NCBI RefSeq assembly: GCF_002087085.1
Contig: NZ_MWQY01000003.1
Location: 124,001-188,000, forward strand
Direction of reading: 5' to 3'
DNA: 64,000 nt
Notes under the pieces: model-generated
What the model saw: only the letters and a program-made list of their open reading frames with translations
Database searches by the model: none
Told to the model about the DNA's origin: nothing
Shown here: positions 54,998 to 64,000 of the stretch, one piece after another
Numbering within the stretch: the first letter of the stretch is position 1
Layout: every line of letters begins with the position of its first letter
Program-made: the position numbers and the translations under genes

Positions 54998-56632
54998 CTA
55001 TTCCATTTTACCCAGAGCATTGATCATCAGAGTTGCGCGTAAATTGGATGGATCGAGATCCAGGGCATAGCTAAGGGCATTTGCAGCATTCTTTCTGTCC
55101 CCGGCGGCCATATGGGATTCGCCGATTCCAAGCCAGACCATGCTCCGGTTCTGTGCTGATAAATCTTCACGAAGCGTAAATATCTCATCCGCTCTGCTGA
55201 AAGCATTCAGGGCCCTTTCTGCCTCTCCGGCTTCCAGGTACAGACGTCCGGCATCGTAAAGATACTCCCAGTGCTTGTTTTTCTGATATGCCGCTTCGAA
55301 TTTTTCAGCAGCTCCGGCGAAATCGCCTGTAAGGGAAAAATAGAGCCCCTCCAGCAGGTCCTGATCAGGTCCGTTTCTCTGCTTTTGCATAGTCAGAAGA
55401 ACCCGCAACCCCTCCTGGTCCCGATTACCGAAAAGACGCCATCCGAGAAAAAGAGCCAGAGAATCGCCCTGCTCTCCGTGATAGGAGTCCCACAATCTGG
55501 CGGTGCTTCCCTGAGAGCCGGCTCCCAGCTCGAGATCCGCAAGCCGAATCCGTGCCTCGGGATGTCCTTCTGCTACATCAAGAAGCCGCGTGAAGGTCTC
55601 TTTAGCAGAGACAAAAGCTCCTTCCCGGTAATAAAGCTCACCAAGTCTTTCCAACAGCACCCTTGATTCGGGAAATTTTTCCAGACCTTTTTTCAGATAC
55701 TCCTTCGCAGAAGAGTTATCCAGTACAGCCATGTTTAGGTAGGGCAGGACGGAGTATTCGGGCGTATTCTGTATCAGATCCCGATAAATTTCCATGGCCT
55801 CTTTTTGCCGTGCCAGGGCGATGGCGAATTCAGCCTGGTATAGTTTCAGTCCCGGATCCTCCTGTGCCTGTTCCCCCATCATCTCCTGTATAAGGACCAG
55901 TCCATACTGGGGATCAGCTGCATCGTAGGCGATCTGGAGAGAAAGCTCCGGAAAACGGCTTTCCGTTGAGTTTTTCAGAAGCCTGTTCGCCTCCGGGATG
56001 GAACCCTCCTCTGCGTACAACAGGGCTGCATCGGCGATCAGTTCGGGAGAGTTCCACTCCCGTCCGGCGGCGGAAAACAATCGCGGGTCTCTGCTGTTGA
56101 GCAGTTTGATGAGTCCACCGCTGGAGAAACTGCTTTCCCCAGCCTGCTTTTCCAGATACGTGTCAATTTCCATCCCCGATGAAAGCAGACTCTCCGCCCT
56201 CATTCCCAGAAATCGGGGAGAAACAAGTTTTTCCTCGCTGATTTCCACTGCCCGTTCCGGATTACCCTTCATTATAAGAGCCCTGCAGTAGATAAACCAG
56301 AGATCCTCCCTGCCGGGGAAACGTTCAGCCCCGCGGCGGGCAAAATCGGTGAAAATGGAGACACCCCTGCCGTTGACGGCAAGCTGATGGCTTCTCTTTA
56401 GAATCTGGAGATACTGAAAACTCGATAGATCTACCCGTAAAAGGGGGCGCAGTGTTTCAAGTGCCTCACTTTCCCGGCCATAGTCAAGGAGACCGTCGAA
56501 TTCGCTTAGAAGGTCCCTGAATTCAATATCCCGATAGAGGATCTGCCGGTGATCATAGAAGGAGTATGCAAGGATTGAAACAAGAAGGAGTACAAGGATT
56601 TTCGGTAAAATATCCCATTTATCTTTTTTCAT
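54998..56632 (-). CDS. Membrane-anchored TPR protein
   Basis: N-terminal TM followed by TPR-like helical repeats. Confidence 0.8.
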   Translation of the reverse strand: MKKDKWDILPKILVLLLVSILAYSFYDHRQILYRDIEFRDLLSEFDGLLDYGRESEALETLRPLLRVDLSSFQYLQILKRSHQLAVNGRGVSIFTDFARRGAERFPGREDLWFIYCRALIMKGNPERAVEISEEKLVSPRFLGMRAESLLSSGMEIDTYLEKQAGESSFSSGGLIKLLNSRDPRLFSAAGREWNSPELIADAALLYAEEGSIPEANRLLKNSTESRFPELSLQIAYDAADPQYGLVLIQEMMGEQAQEDPGLKLYQAEFAIALARQKEAMEIYRDLIQNTPEYSVLPYLNMAVLDNSSAKEYLKKGLEKFPESRVLLERLGELYYREGAFVSAKETFTRLLDVAEGHPEARIRLADLELGAGSQGSTARLWDSYHGEQGDSLALFLGWRLFGNRDQEGLRVLLTMQKQRNGPDQDLLEGLYFSLTGDFAGAAEKFEAAYQKNKHWEYLYDAGRLYLEAGEAERALNAFSRADEIFTLREDLSAQNRSMVWLGIGESHMAAGDRKNAANALSYALDLDPSNLRATLMINALGKME

Positions 56633-57044
56633 GATGAGATTTCAGTATTCCGTCCAGCACCCCGTTTATAAAGCGGTAGGATTCATCGCTGCCGTAAATT
56701 TTCGCAATATCAACGGCTTCATCGATGGTAACGGTAGCGGGTATATCCTGCTGAAATTTCAGAGCATAGGCACTCATACGCAGTATTGCAAGATCTATCT
56801 TGCCGATGCGCTTGAAATCCCAGTGCTCAAGATGTCCGGAGATACACTCATCAATAAAGTCGAGGTTTTCAATGGTTCCCAGAACTATAAAACGGGCGAA
56901 ATCAAGGGTTTCCTGCTCGTAACGGGCCCGCATCTCCTCATCTATCCAGGGGAAAGTGGCGATCTCTTCCGGAGTCTGAGGATTTAAGTCCCAGCTGAAC
57001 AGGGCCTGAAAGGCCAAAACCCTTCCCTTGCGACGTGATCCCAT
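56619..57044 (-). CDS. nusB: Transcription antitermination factor NusB
   Basis: RR..R..AFQALF, W...R...ID.AILR, IDEAV.IAK.Y, FINGVLD. Confidence 0.97.
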   Translation of the reverse strand: MGSRRKGRVLAFQALFSWDLNPQTPEEIATFPWIDEEMRARYEQETLDFARFIVLGTIENLDFIDECISGHLEHWDFKRIGKIDLAILRMSAYALKFQQDIPATVTIDEAVDIAKIYGSDESYRFINGVLDGILKSHHEKR

Positions 57045-57047
57045 GAG

Positions 57048-58121
57048 CTACTCGAACACCTGAATATCTGCTTCACTTCGCAGGGTACTCACAACACGAC
57101 TGTAGGCATCGTGAAGCGCCTGTTGCTGTTTTTCGTTAATAATCAGTCGGCTTATATATTCCCGTACGGTCATTGGATTTGTAGGACTCAAGGGGTCGTT
57201 CAGGGAAAGAATCTTAGCATCCCGATGTTCGGTTATTTTAACGATGTGAAAACCAATGTTGGAACGCAGTACACCTGAAACCTGATTCGTTTCCAGACTG
57301 AAGAGGCGGGCAAAGAAGTCTTTTCCAAAATATGCTTCGGCCCTGGCGTCATCCCGGGCCAGGTATCCGAAATCACCGCCGGAATATCGTGAACCTGCAT
57401 CATCGGTGTACTCGCTCACCAGGGAACTGAAATCGGCGCCCTGACGGATCTTTTTATGGATATCCTCCGCCTTCTCGCGAAGACCATCTACAGCGGCTTC
57501 ATTCTTGTTCATCGTGGAAATGAAAATCTGACTGAAACGGATAATTTCAGGATTGACCAGGCGGGTAGCTATTCTGTTATACCGCTCCTGAATATCTTTT
57601 TCCGCCGGAGGACTGATAGTATCAATGACATCGGACTGGGTCTGCATTACATATTTCTGCTGAAGCAGCTGTTTGCGGATGGACTCACGGATCTCAACCC
57701 AGCTCATCCGGGTCTGCTGCTCCATAAGCTCCCGGAAGCGATTTTCAGACAGCTGCTCTGATGCTCCCATCTGTCCCCGCTGCTGCAGCTGCAACTCCAC
57801 ACCCTTGCGCTGATTATTCAGCGCTGCGGATATTTCGCTCTCGGATACGTTTATTCCGTCCCGTTCAGCGGCCTGCTCAATGAGGATTTCTGCGATCATG
57901 GCATCCAGGACCTGTTTTTCTGTCTGGGGAGGAATCCCGAGGCGGGCCTGAACCCGGACTTCTTCGGTCTCTTCAACCCGCTGCTGCAGCTGTCCCTTCG
58001 TTATGACCTCGGTGCGAATAAGATTTATCATCGCCGCAGGTCCGTCCAGGGGGGCAGCCGTTATCTGCAGAGAGCAGAAAAATATCAGGACAATGATAAA
58101 CAGGCATCCGACTTTCTTCAT
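57048..58121 (-). CDS. SurA-like parvulin peptidyl-prolyl isomerase
   Basis: Signal peptide, SurA N-domain pattern, DF..L...Y.DD..S...GGD.G, S..GFHI.K. Confidence 0.88.
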   Translation of the reverse strand: MKKVGCLFIIVLIFFCSLQITAAPLDGPAAMINLIRTEVITKGQLQQRVEETEEVRVQARLGIPPQTEKQVLDAMIAEILIEQAAERDGINVSESEISAALNNQRKGVELQLQQRGQMGASEQLSENRFRELMEQQTRMSWVEIRESIRKQLLQQKYVMQTQSDVIDTISPPAEKDIQERYNRIATRLVNPEIIRFSQIFISTMNKNEAAVDGLREKAEDIHKKIRQGADFSSLVSEYTDDAGSRYSGGDFGYLARDDARAEAYFGKDFFARLFSLETNQVSGVLRSNIGFHIVKITEHRDAKILSLNDPLSPTNPMTVREYISRLIINEKQQQALHDAYSRVVSTLRSEADIQVFE

Positions 58122-58130
58122 CCCAGACTC

Positions 58131-58544
58131 CTACTCAAGGTGCAGCTTCTTCCCGATGGCCTCGGCCTCTTCCGGTATACGGAATACATCGGAGAGTTTC
58201 AGGAACATTCCCTCATGCTCCATGGCCTTCATGAGGACCCTCAGGGTCTTGCTGTTCCGCAGACCCTTTTTTGCCAGGAAGGCGAAACTGCGTTTACCCG
58301 CAACCATTCCGGAATTGGATAGGAATCGCGGGATGGACGGATCAATCTTACCGCCGAAAAGGGTGGTTCCGACAGCTCCGAGGGCGATATAATTGTAGAT
58401 CGTCAATTTTGTATTGATATCCCGTTCACCATCGATCAAATCGACGGAGACCCCCTGGCTTTCAATCCCCCGGGCCAGTGACCGGGAGATCTCGGTCATC
58501 TCCTTCTTTTTGGATCCTGGAAAATAGACTACCGCCGCTCTCAC
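58131..58544 (-). CDS. Flavodoxin-like hypothetical protein
   Basis: AVVY..., LARGIE..G..VD, Y.YI..G alpha/beta pattern. Confidence 0.65.
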   Translation of the reverse strand: MRAAVVYFPGSKKKEMTEISRSLARGIESQGVSVDLIDGERDINTKLTIYNYIALGAVGTTLFGGKIDPSIPRFLSNSGMVAGKRSFAFLAKKGLRNSKTLRVLMKAMEHEGMFLKLSDVFRIPEEAEAIGKKLHLE

Positions 58545-58583
58545 TGTAACTCCTTTATCCAGTAAGGCGTGGGCCTCACCGGA

Positions 58584-58931
58584 CTATTCGGCTGCGTCCT
58601 GATTGGCTCCACCCTGATCAGGATTCTGATTCCACCATTCCGTTTGCGCAGCATCATTTGCCATTCTTCGGGCTGCACCTTCCACGTCGCCTTCAGTGTC
58701 ACTTACGTTTATCCAGGCGAGGGCAAAGGCACTTCCCATGAAGATGACACCGAGAATGGATGTAAAGCGGGTAAGAATATTACCGGAGCGTGATCCAAAG
58801 GGCGTGGAGCTTCCTCCGCCGAACATTCCGCCCAGTCCGTCTCCCTGATCGTCCTGGATAAGGACAATAAAAATAAGCAAAAGGGCGCTGATGACAAACA
58901 GAATCATCAGTAATACAGAAACAATTACCAT
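58584..58931 (-). CDS. secG: Preprotein translocase subunit SecG
   Basis: Two TMs, VLIQ...G.GLGG.FGGG, LTR.T. Confidence 0.95.
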   Translation of the reverse strand: MVIVSVLLMILFVISALLLIFIVLIQDDQGDGLGGMFGGGSSTPFGSRSGNILTRFTSILGVIFMGSAFALAWINVSDTEGDVEGAARRMANDAAQTEWWNQNPDQGGANQDAAE

Positions 58932-58943
58932 AGCTGTGTGCTC

Positions 58944-59696
58944 CTAGGCATCAAATTTTACGATCGGAACAAACGAATCAAGCTTCAGGGCAGCTCCGCC
59001 GACGAGGGCCCCGTCGATATTTTCCATACCCATCAACTCTTTCGCATTATCAGGCTTAACGGATCCGCCGTACTGAATGACAAGATCCTCAGCTGCTTGT
59101 GCAGAATACAGCCCGCTTATCTTCTTTCGGACGGCCTTGTGAATAGCATCGGCATCCCCGGGGGTAGCGGTTTTTCCGGTACCGATGGCCCAGACAGGTT
59201 CATAGGCGATGGTGACCTTTTTCAGGTCCGCTTCGCTTACATCCTTGAGGCTGCCTGCGAGCTGCCCTTCCACCACTGCTTCGGCCTTTCCGGCTTCCCG
59301 CTGTTCCAGGGTCTCACCCACGCAGAGAATAACTTCAAGTCCCCGGGAAATAGCCAGGCGGACTTTACGATTGATGAATTCGTCACTTTCTCCGTATATA
59401 AGACGACGTTCCGAGTGTCCAAGGATAACAACCTCAACTCCCAGATCCTTCAGCATAAGAACGGAAACTTCTCCCGTGTGTGCGCCGGATTCCTGGTCTG
59501 ACATATTCTGGGCACCCAGGATTATTTCGGAACCCTTCAGGCTCTTAGCCACCGCATCAAGAGCGGTAAAAGGAGGGGCCACCATAACACGATGGGCGAC
59601 ACCGGAAACCTCCTTCTTGAGCCCTTCCACAAGTTCGAGAGCCTCTGCAACAGTTTTGTTCATCTTCCAGTTGCCGGCAATAAAATATCTTCGCAT
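58944..59696 (-). CDS. tpiA: Triosephosphate isomerase
   Basis: AGNWKMN, GHSERR, AYEPVWAIGTG, YGGSV. Confidence 0.98.
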   Translation of the reverse strand: MRRYFIAGNWKMNKTVAEALELVEGLKKEVSGVAHRVMVAPPFTALDAVAKSLKGSEIILGAQNMSDQESGAHTGEVSVLMLKDLGVEVVILGHSERRLIYGESDEFINRKVRLAISRGLEVILCVGETLEQREAGKAEAVVEGQLAGSLKDVSEADLKKVTIAYEPVWAIGTGKTATPGDADAIHKAVRKKISGLYSAQAAEDLVIQYGGSVKPDNAKELMGMENIDGALVGGAALKLDSFVPIVKFDA

Positions 59697-59776
59697 GTCT
59701 TTTCCTTGTCTTTCGTATAACAGAACTGTAAAGCCCCGGCCTGTACGACCGGGGACCGCAGAACTATTCTATCAGC

Positions 59777-60958
59777 TTATTGTGTTAATGCAACTATTCC
59801 AGGGAGGGCTTTGCCTTCAAGGAATTCGAGCGAGGCTCCCCCTCCGGTAGAAACATGGTCGATGCGATCGGCAAAATTGAATTTATTGACCGCAGCTACG
59901 GAATCTCCGCCGCCCACAACTGTCGTGCCCGGGCACTCCGCGACATAACCGGCGACTTCAAGGGTTCCCCTGGCAAAGGCATCGAACTCAAAGACTCCCA
60001 GAGGTCCGTTCCAGACTACATTTTTGGCAGCAGCAACGGCAGTCCTGATTCCGGCCAGGGTCTTCGGCCCCACGTCCATGCCGATTCTGCCCTGGGGAAT
60101 GTCAATTCCGTCGACCTGTTCGGGTTTTGCAGACTCGGAGAATTCGGAGGCCACAACGTGATCCAGGGGCAGAATCACCTCGACTCCCGCCTCATCCGCC
60201 TTTTTCAGGAGGGATCTGGCTGTGTCAAGGAAGTCCTCTTCCAGAAGAGATTTGCCGATTTCGTGGCCCTGGGCCTTCAGAAAGGTGTATGCCATGCCTC
60301 CCCCGATAACCAGGGTAGTGCATTTCGGCAACAGGGATTCGAGGACAGCGATTTTCGTGGAGACCTTGGCGCCGCCGATGATCGCGACGAAGGGTCGAGC
60401 CGGATTCTCAAGAAGTGGAGAAAAAAACTTCACCTCTTTTTCGATAAGAAACCCTGCGGCCGCCTCCAGATGGTGGGCAACACCTTCGGTGGAAGCGTGT
60501 GCCCGGTGAGCGGTACCGAAGGCATCGTTCACGTATACATCCCCCAGTTTTGCCAGGGACGCTGCGAAACCGGGGTCGTTTTTGGTCTCCCCCTCGTAGA
60601 AGCGAACATTCTCGAGCATCATGACATCCCCGCCTTTGAGGCCGGAAGCAAGCTTTTCGACCTCGGCGCCGATACAGTCGGGAGCCATGATTACGTCTTT
60701 TCCAAGAAGCTCGCCCAGCCGGACAGCAACGGGAGCCAGACTGAAAGCCGGCTCCCGGGCACCCTTGGGCCGCCCCAGATGGGTCATGAGTATTAGTGAC
60801 GCCCCTTCCTGCTCGAGAATATACTTCAGGGTCGGCAGAGCTGCCTTGATACGGGTATCATCGGTAATCGTCCCCTCCTTCAAGGGGACGTTAAAATCAA
60901 CCCGTACCAGAACCCGTTTGTTTTTCAGATCGATATCTTTAACTGTCTTAAGGGACAT
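59777..60958 (-). CDS. pgk: Phosphoglycerate kinase
   Basis: [32 protein letters not shown]. Confidence 0.98.
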   Translation of the reverse strand: MSLKTVKDIDLKNKRVLVRVDFNVPLKEGTITDDTRIKAALPTLKYILEQEGASLILMTHLGRPKGAREPAFSLAPVAVRLGELLGKDVIMAPDCIGAEVEKLASGLKGGDVMMLENVRFYEGETKNDPGFAASLAKLGDVYVNDAFGTAHRAHASTEGVAHHLEAAAGFLIEKEVKFFSPLLENPARPFVAIIGGAKVSTKIAVLESLLPKCTTLVIGGGMAYTFLKAQGHEIGKSLLEEDFLDTARSLLKKADEAGVEVILPLDHVVASEFSESAKPEQVDGIDIPQGRIGMDVGPKTLAGIRTAVAAAKNVVWNGPLGVFEFDAFARGTLEVAGYVAECPGTTVVGGGDSVAAVNKFNFADRIDHVSTGGGASLEFLEGKALPGIVALTQ

Positions 60959-60985
60959 ACAATATTCCTCTAAAATTTATGCTGA

Positions 60986-61987
60986 TTATACGATCTTCTC
61001 AGCAAGGTCTACTACGCGGTTGGAGTATCCCCATTCGTTGTCGTACCAGGAAACAACCTTGAAAAACCCCTTGCCGAGTTTCATGGTGCAGAGAGAATCG
61101 AAAACTGAAGAGTGGGGATTGCTCTTTACATCCATGGAGACGATGGGTTCATCGCAGTACTCGAGAATTCCCTTCATCGGGCCCTTAGCGGCCTCTGCCA
61201 CAGCTTTATTCACTTCTTCCACGCTGGGATCCTTCTCAAGCTGCACGGTAAGGTCTACAACAGAACCGGTGGGAGTGGGTACCCGCATTGCCATACCGTT
61301 CAGCTTTCCGTTCAGGTCGGGGATTACCAGACCGACAGCCTTTGCTGCACCGGTGGTGGTGGGAATGATTGAAAGCGCTGCGGCGCGGGCCCGGCGCAGA
61401 TCCTTGTGGGGAAGATCAAGAATATTCTGGTCGTTGGTGTAGGCATGAATTGTGTTCATGAGCCCCTGAACAATACCGAAATTGTCATGCAGGACCTTGG
61501 CAAGGGGGGCAAGACAGTTGGTGGTACAGGAAGCGTTGGAGTATGCGACGTACTCATCACTGATCATATCGTCGTTAACGCCGAGAACAATGGTCTTGTC
61601 GATGGTATCCTTGGCGGGAACCGTAAGGATGACCTTCTTCGCGCCGGCTTTGATGTGGTCCTTGTAGCCGCCCCGGGGGCCTTCTGCTGTGGTAAAGATA
61701 CCGGTGGACTCGACAACGACATCGACACCCAACTTGCCCCAGGGCAGGTTTGCGGGTTCGCGGACGGCGAAGATCTTTATCTCCTTTCCGTCTACAACGA
61801 TAGCGTCTTCCTTAACCTCGATCTTTTTATTGTACACACCGAAAGTTGAGTCATATTTCAGCAGGTGTGCCAGGGTCTTGGGATCAGTAATGTCGTTAAT
61901 TGCGACAACTTCAGTGTTGTCACGCTCAAAAGCAACCTTGAAAACATTCCTTCCAATTCGTCCGAAACCATTAATAGCAATCTTCAT
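60986..61987 (-). CDS. gap: Glyceraldehyde-3-phosphate dehydrogenase type I
   Basis: [29 protein letters not shown]. Confidence 0.98.
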   Translation of the reverse strand: MKIAINGFGRIGRNVFKVAFERDNTEVVAINDITDPKTLAHLLKYDSTFGVYNKKIEVKEDAIVVDGKEIKIFAVREPANLPWGKLGVDVVVESTGIFTTAEGPRGGYKDHIKAGAKKVILTVPAKDTIDKTIVLGVNDDMISDEYVAYSNASCTTNCLAPLAKVLHDNFGIVQGLMNTIHAYTNDQNILDLPHKDLRRARAAALSIIPTTTGAAKAVGLVIPDLNGKLNGMAMRVPTPTGSVVDLTVQLEKDPSVEEVNKAVAEAAKGPMKGILEYCDEPIVSMDVKSNPHSSVFDSLCTMKLGKGFFKVVSWYDNEWGYSNRVVDLAEKIV

Positions 61988-62023
61988 CCAATTCCTCCTG
62001 GAAATTATTTACCTTTGGTGACC

Positions 62024-62053
62024 AATATATGACAAAGCCCGAACATGTGTCAA
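62024..62053 (-). promoter_or_regulatory. gap operon promoter
   Basis: TTGACA-18 nt-TATATT upstream of the AGGAGG RBS. Confidence 0.65.
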
Positions 62054-62090
62054 TTAACCGGGAAAGGGATATAAAACTGGAAAATATAAT

Positions 62091-64000
62091 TTATTGTATT
62101 GTAAGCAGTTCCTGATAGAGCCCTTCCCTCTGATCGTCTTTCTTCGGTACCGGCGGAGGAGCTTCTCCCGGCATGATCAGAATGTCTCCCTCGTTTATGT
62201 AATCAAAGAATCCCAGGGCTTCGATCGTCCCCTCCGCCACGAGATCATCGATACCATCAACGGTAAAACGCCCCACCATATCATCCTCACTGTAGGCGAA
62301 TCCGAGACGGTCCCGCAGAAGGCTGACAGCCTCGGGAGGAAAAATAAGAAGCTCGTCTCCCTCCTCGAGGCCGTCGAGGGCACCGATATCAAGCAGTCCG
62401 GCATCGAATTCCCGTCGCAGAAGATTGCCCCGCAAGGGCAGTGAAGCGTGAATTCCCCGAACGGCGCGGTCAAGAGCATCGCTAACCCTGTCGTTGCCGG
62501 TTCTGTATACCTTCCGTTCTTCCATTCCTGCACCATTGACAGCGAGATACATGTCCGCGTATACAGAAAAACTGCGCCGGGTTTCATCGAAGGAAAGAAG
62601 CAGGAAATACTCATCTCCCCGGCCTCTCGCAATACCGAAGGCCTCTGCAAAGGAAGATACCATCCGGGCCCGGAGATCCGTTACGGCGACCCTCTCCATT
62701 GAGCTCAGAAAGTCCACAAAAAGATCCGCGGCAATCCTTTCGCCCATATATTTTTCCATGGTTGATTCCGAAGGAATATAGAAAACCCCGAGGCGGTACT
62801 CGTTCCGTTCGATTTCGAACTGCCCGAGCCCCCAGGACTGTGCAATCCCGTCCTCCTGAAGACTGCGCTGAATTTCCAGTTCATCCAGGATATCCTCAGA
62901 CTGAGTTCCTTCATCAACGATTCCCTCAAGATAGCTGAGATACTTTGCGTAATAACCAAGAGTCTTCCAGACCTCCGCATACCGCATACGGTAACGCGCC
63001 TCCGATGGTTGCAGCTGTACTGCAAGACGATACTCCCGTGCCGCCTTGTCCATGAGAAAACGGGATTCGAACTCGATTCCCCTGTTCAGATGATACTCCG
63101 CCAGAGTCTCCCGCAGCGGGTGATCCCCGGGGGTACTGCGCCTGACCAGGGATTCCAGGGCGTAACGGGTCAGTTCGTCGTCCCGGCGGCTGCGAAACAC
63201 GGAGGTATAACTCCGGATCGCCTCCTCAGGTCGACCTGCCATTTCATATGCCATTCCCAGGGAATAGAGGGTACCGGCATCTGCAGGATCCACTTTAAGG
63301 GCGTTCAGAAGATACTCGATCGCTTCGTCAAACTCATTTTTCAACAGCAGAGCCCGGGCAGCTGTAAGCAATGCAGGCTGATAGTCCGGCTGAAGAGAGA
63401 CGGCGATACGGGCATGATGGAGGGCATCGTCAAAGCGCTCCCGCCTGATATAATGCCGGGCGACAGCTACCTGCACCTCGGGACTGTCTCCATGATACCG
63501 CACCGCCGCGGAGACGTAGGTTTGAGAAGCTTCCTGGCGTTCCAGCTCATCGGAGAGAAGCAGAAGCCCCAGAATAATCCGCTTGTCCCCGGGGACCCGG
63601 GCAAGGGCGTCCTCATAGGTCTGCAGTGCATTACCCACCTCCCCCTGAGCCACGTCCAGTTCAGCCAGCCCCAGCAGGGCTTCCATATTGTTGGGCTCCG
63701 CCTCGATAACCTGGGAAAAAATCTTCCTGGCCTCGTCGAATCTTCCCAGACCCACCAGAATCCTTCCATGGAGCACCTGAAGAGAGGTGCTCCCCCGGCG
63801 CAGTCTGATGGCATCCTGTATATAATGGAGGGCGTCCTGATACTCACCAAGAAAGAAGAATGATTCCGCGAGGCCGATCACGGGGTCGGCATAGACCGGA
63901 TACCTGCGTACAAGCTCGGTATAGGCTTCCACGGCCTGATAGTATTTTCTGTTCTCCTGCAGATTTCTTGCCCGCCTGTAGGCCTCGACCTGAGGGGCCT
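62091..64000 (-). CDS. TPR protein, 5' end outside the window
   Basis: Frame is open to the window edge upstream of GTG 63932; multiple TPRs and a non-TPR C-terminal domain. Confidence 0.88.
   Translation of the reverse strand, partial: APQVEAYRRARNLQENRKYYQAVEAYTELVRRYPVYADPVIGLAESFFFLGEYQDALHYIQDAIRLRRGSTSLQVLHGRILVGLGRFDEARKIFSQVIEAEPNNMEALLGLAELDVAQGEVGNALQTYEDALARVPGDKRIILGLLLLSDELERQEASQTYVSAAVRYHGDSPEVQVAVARHYIRRERFDDALHHARIAVSLQPDYQPALLTAARALLLKNEFDEAIEYLLNALKVDPADAGTLYSLGMAYEMAGRPEEAIRSYTSVFRSRRDDELTRYALESLVRRSTPGDHPLRETLAEYHLNRGIEFESRFLMDKAAREYRLAVQLQPSEARYRMRYAEVWKTLGYYAKYLSYLEGIVDEGTQSEDILDELEIQRSLQEDGIAQSWGLGQFEIERNEYRLGVFYIPSESTMEKYMGERIAADLFVDFLSSMERVAVTDLRARMVSSFAEAFGIARGRGDEYFLLLSFDETRRSFSVYADMYLAVNGAGMEERKVYRTGNDRVSDALDRAVRGIHASLPLRGNLLRREFDAGLLDIGALDGLEEGDELLIFPPEAVSLLRDRLGFAYSEDDMVGRFTVDGIDDLVAEGTIEALGFFDYINEGDILIMPGEAPPPVPKKDDQREGLYQELLTIQ

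Noticed and set aside
59734..59754. REP-like repeat family (CCCCGG..CCGGGG between pgk and tpiA)
   Set aside because: A single host copy with only generic GC-stem similarity to the phage hairpins; more likely an mRNA stability hairpin.

Overview
Spirochaete chromosome segment (cfpA plus a Treponema-like gene order; probably a free-living Spirochaetaceae member). Bases 1-~8823 are the end of a prophage. It carries two orphan DNA methyltransferases, a YqaJ/RecT recombination module, a structured non-coding block with a D-armless tRNA-like element, several small DNA-binding genes, a KilAC antirepressor, a cI/cro-like switch, a lipoprotein and a two-gene cassette. It ends at a displaced tmRNA (ssrA)-like 3' fragment (att site); no integrase lies in the window. 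9.1-21.4 kb is accessory: a lipid/glycolipid operon, Zn-dehydrogenase, frameshifted GGDEF gene, MscS, Ca/Na antiporter, aldo-keto reductase and an autotransporter-like protein. The remainder is core genome: purB-guaB-purA-guaA, cfpA cluster, vWA/DHH/adhesin-like genes, miaB, split purH, folD, outer-membrane genes, a 1704-aa surface protein, htrA, map, nusB, surA-like, secG and gap-pgk-tpiA. Best candidate for an undescribed system: cfpA is followed by a protein with a cryptic C-terminal HPr-like domain (His at HPr position 15) and a PPDK homologue with intact PEP/His sites but a degenerate ATP site. This suggests a PTS-like PEP phosphorelay linked to the cytoplasmic filament. All calls come from reading the sequence and recalling family motifs; no searches were run.
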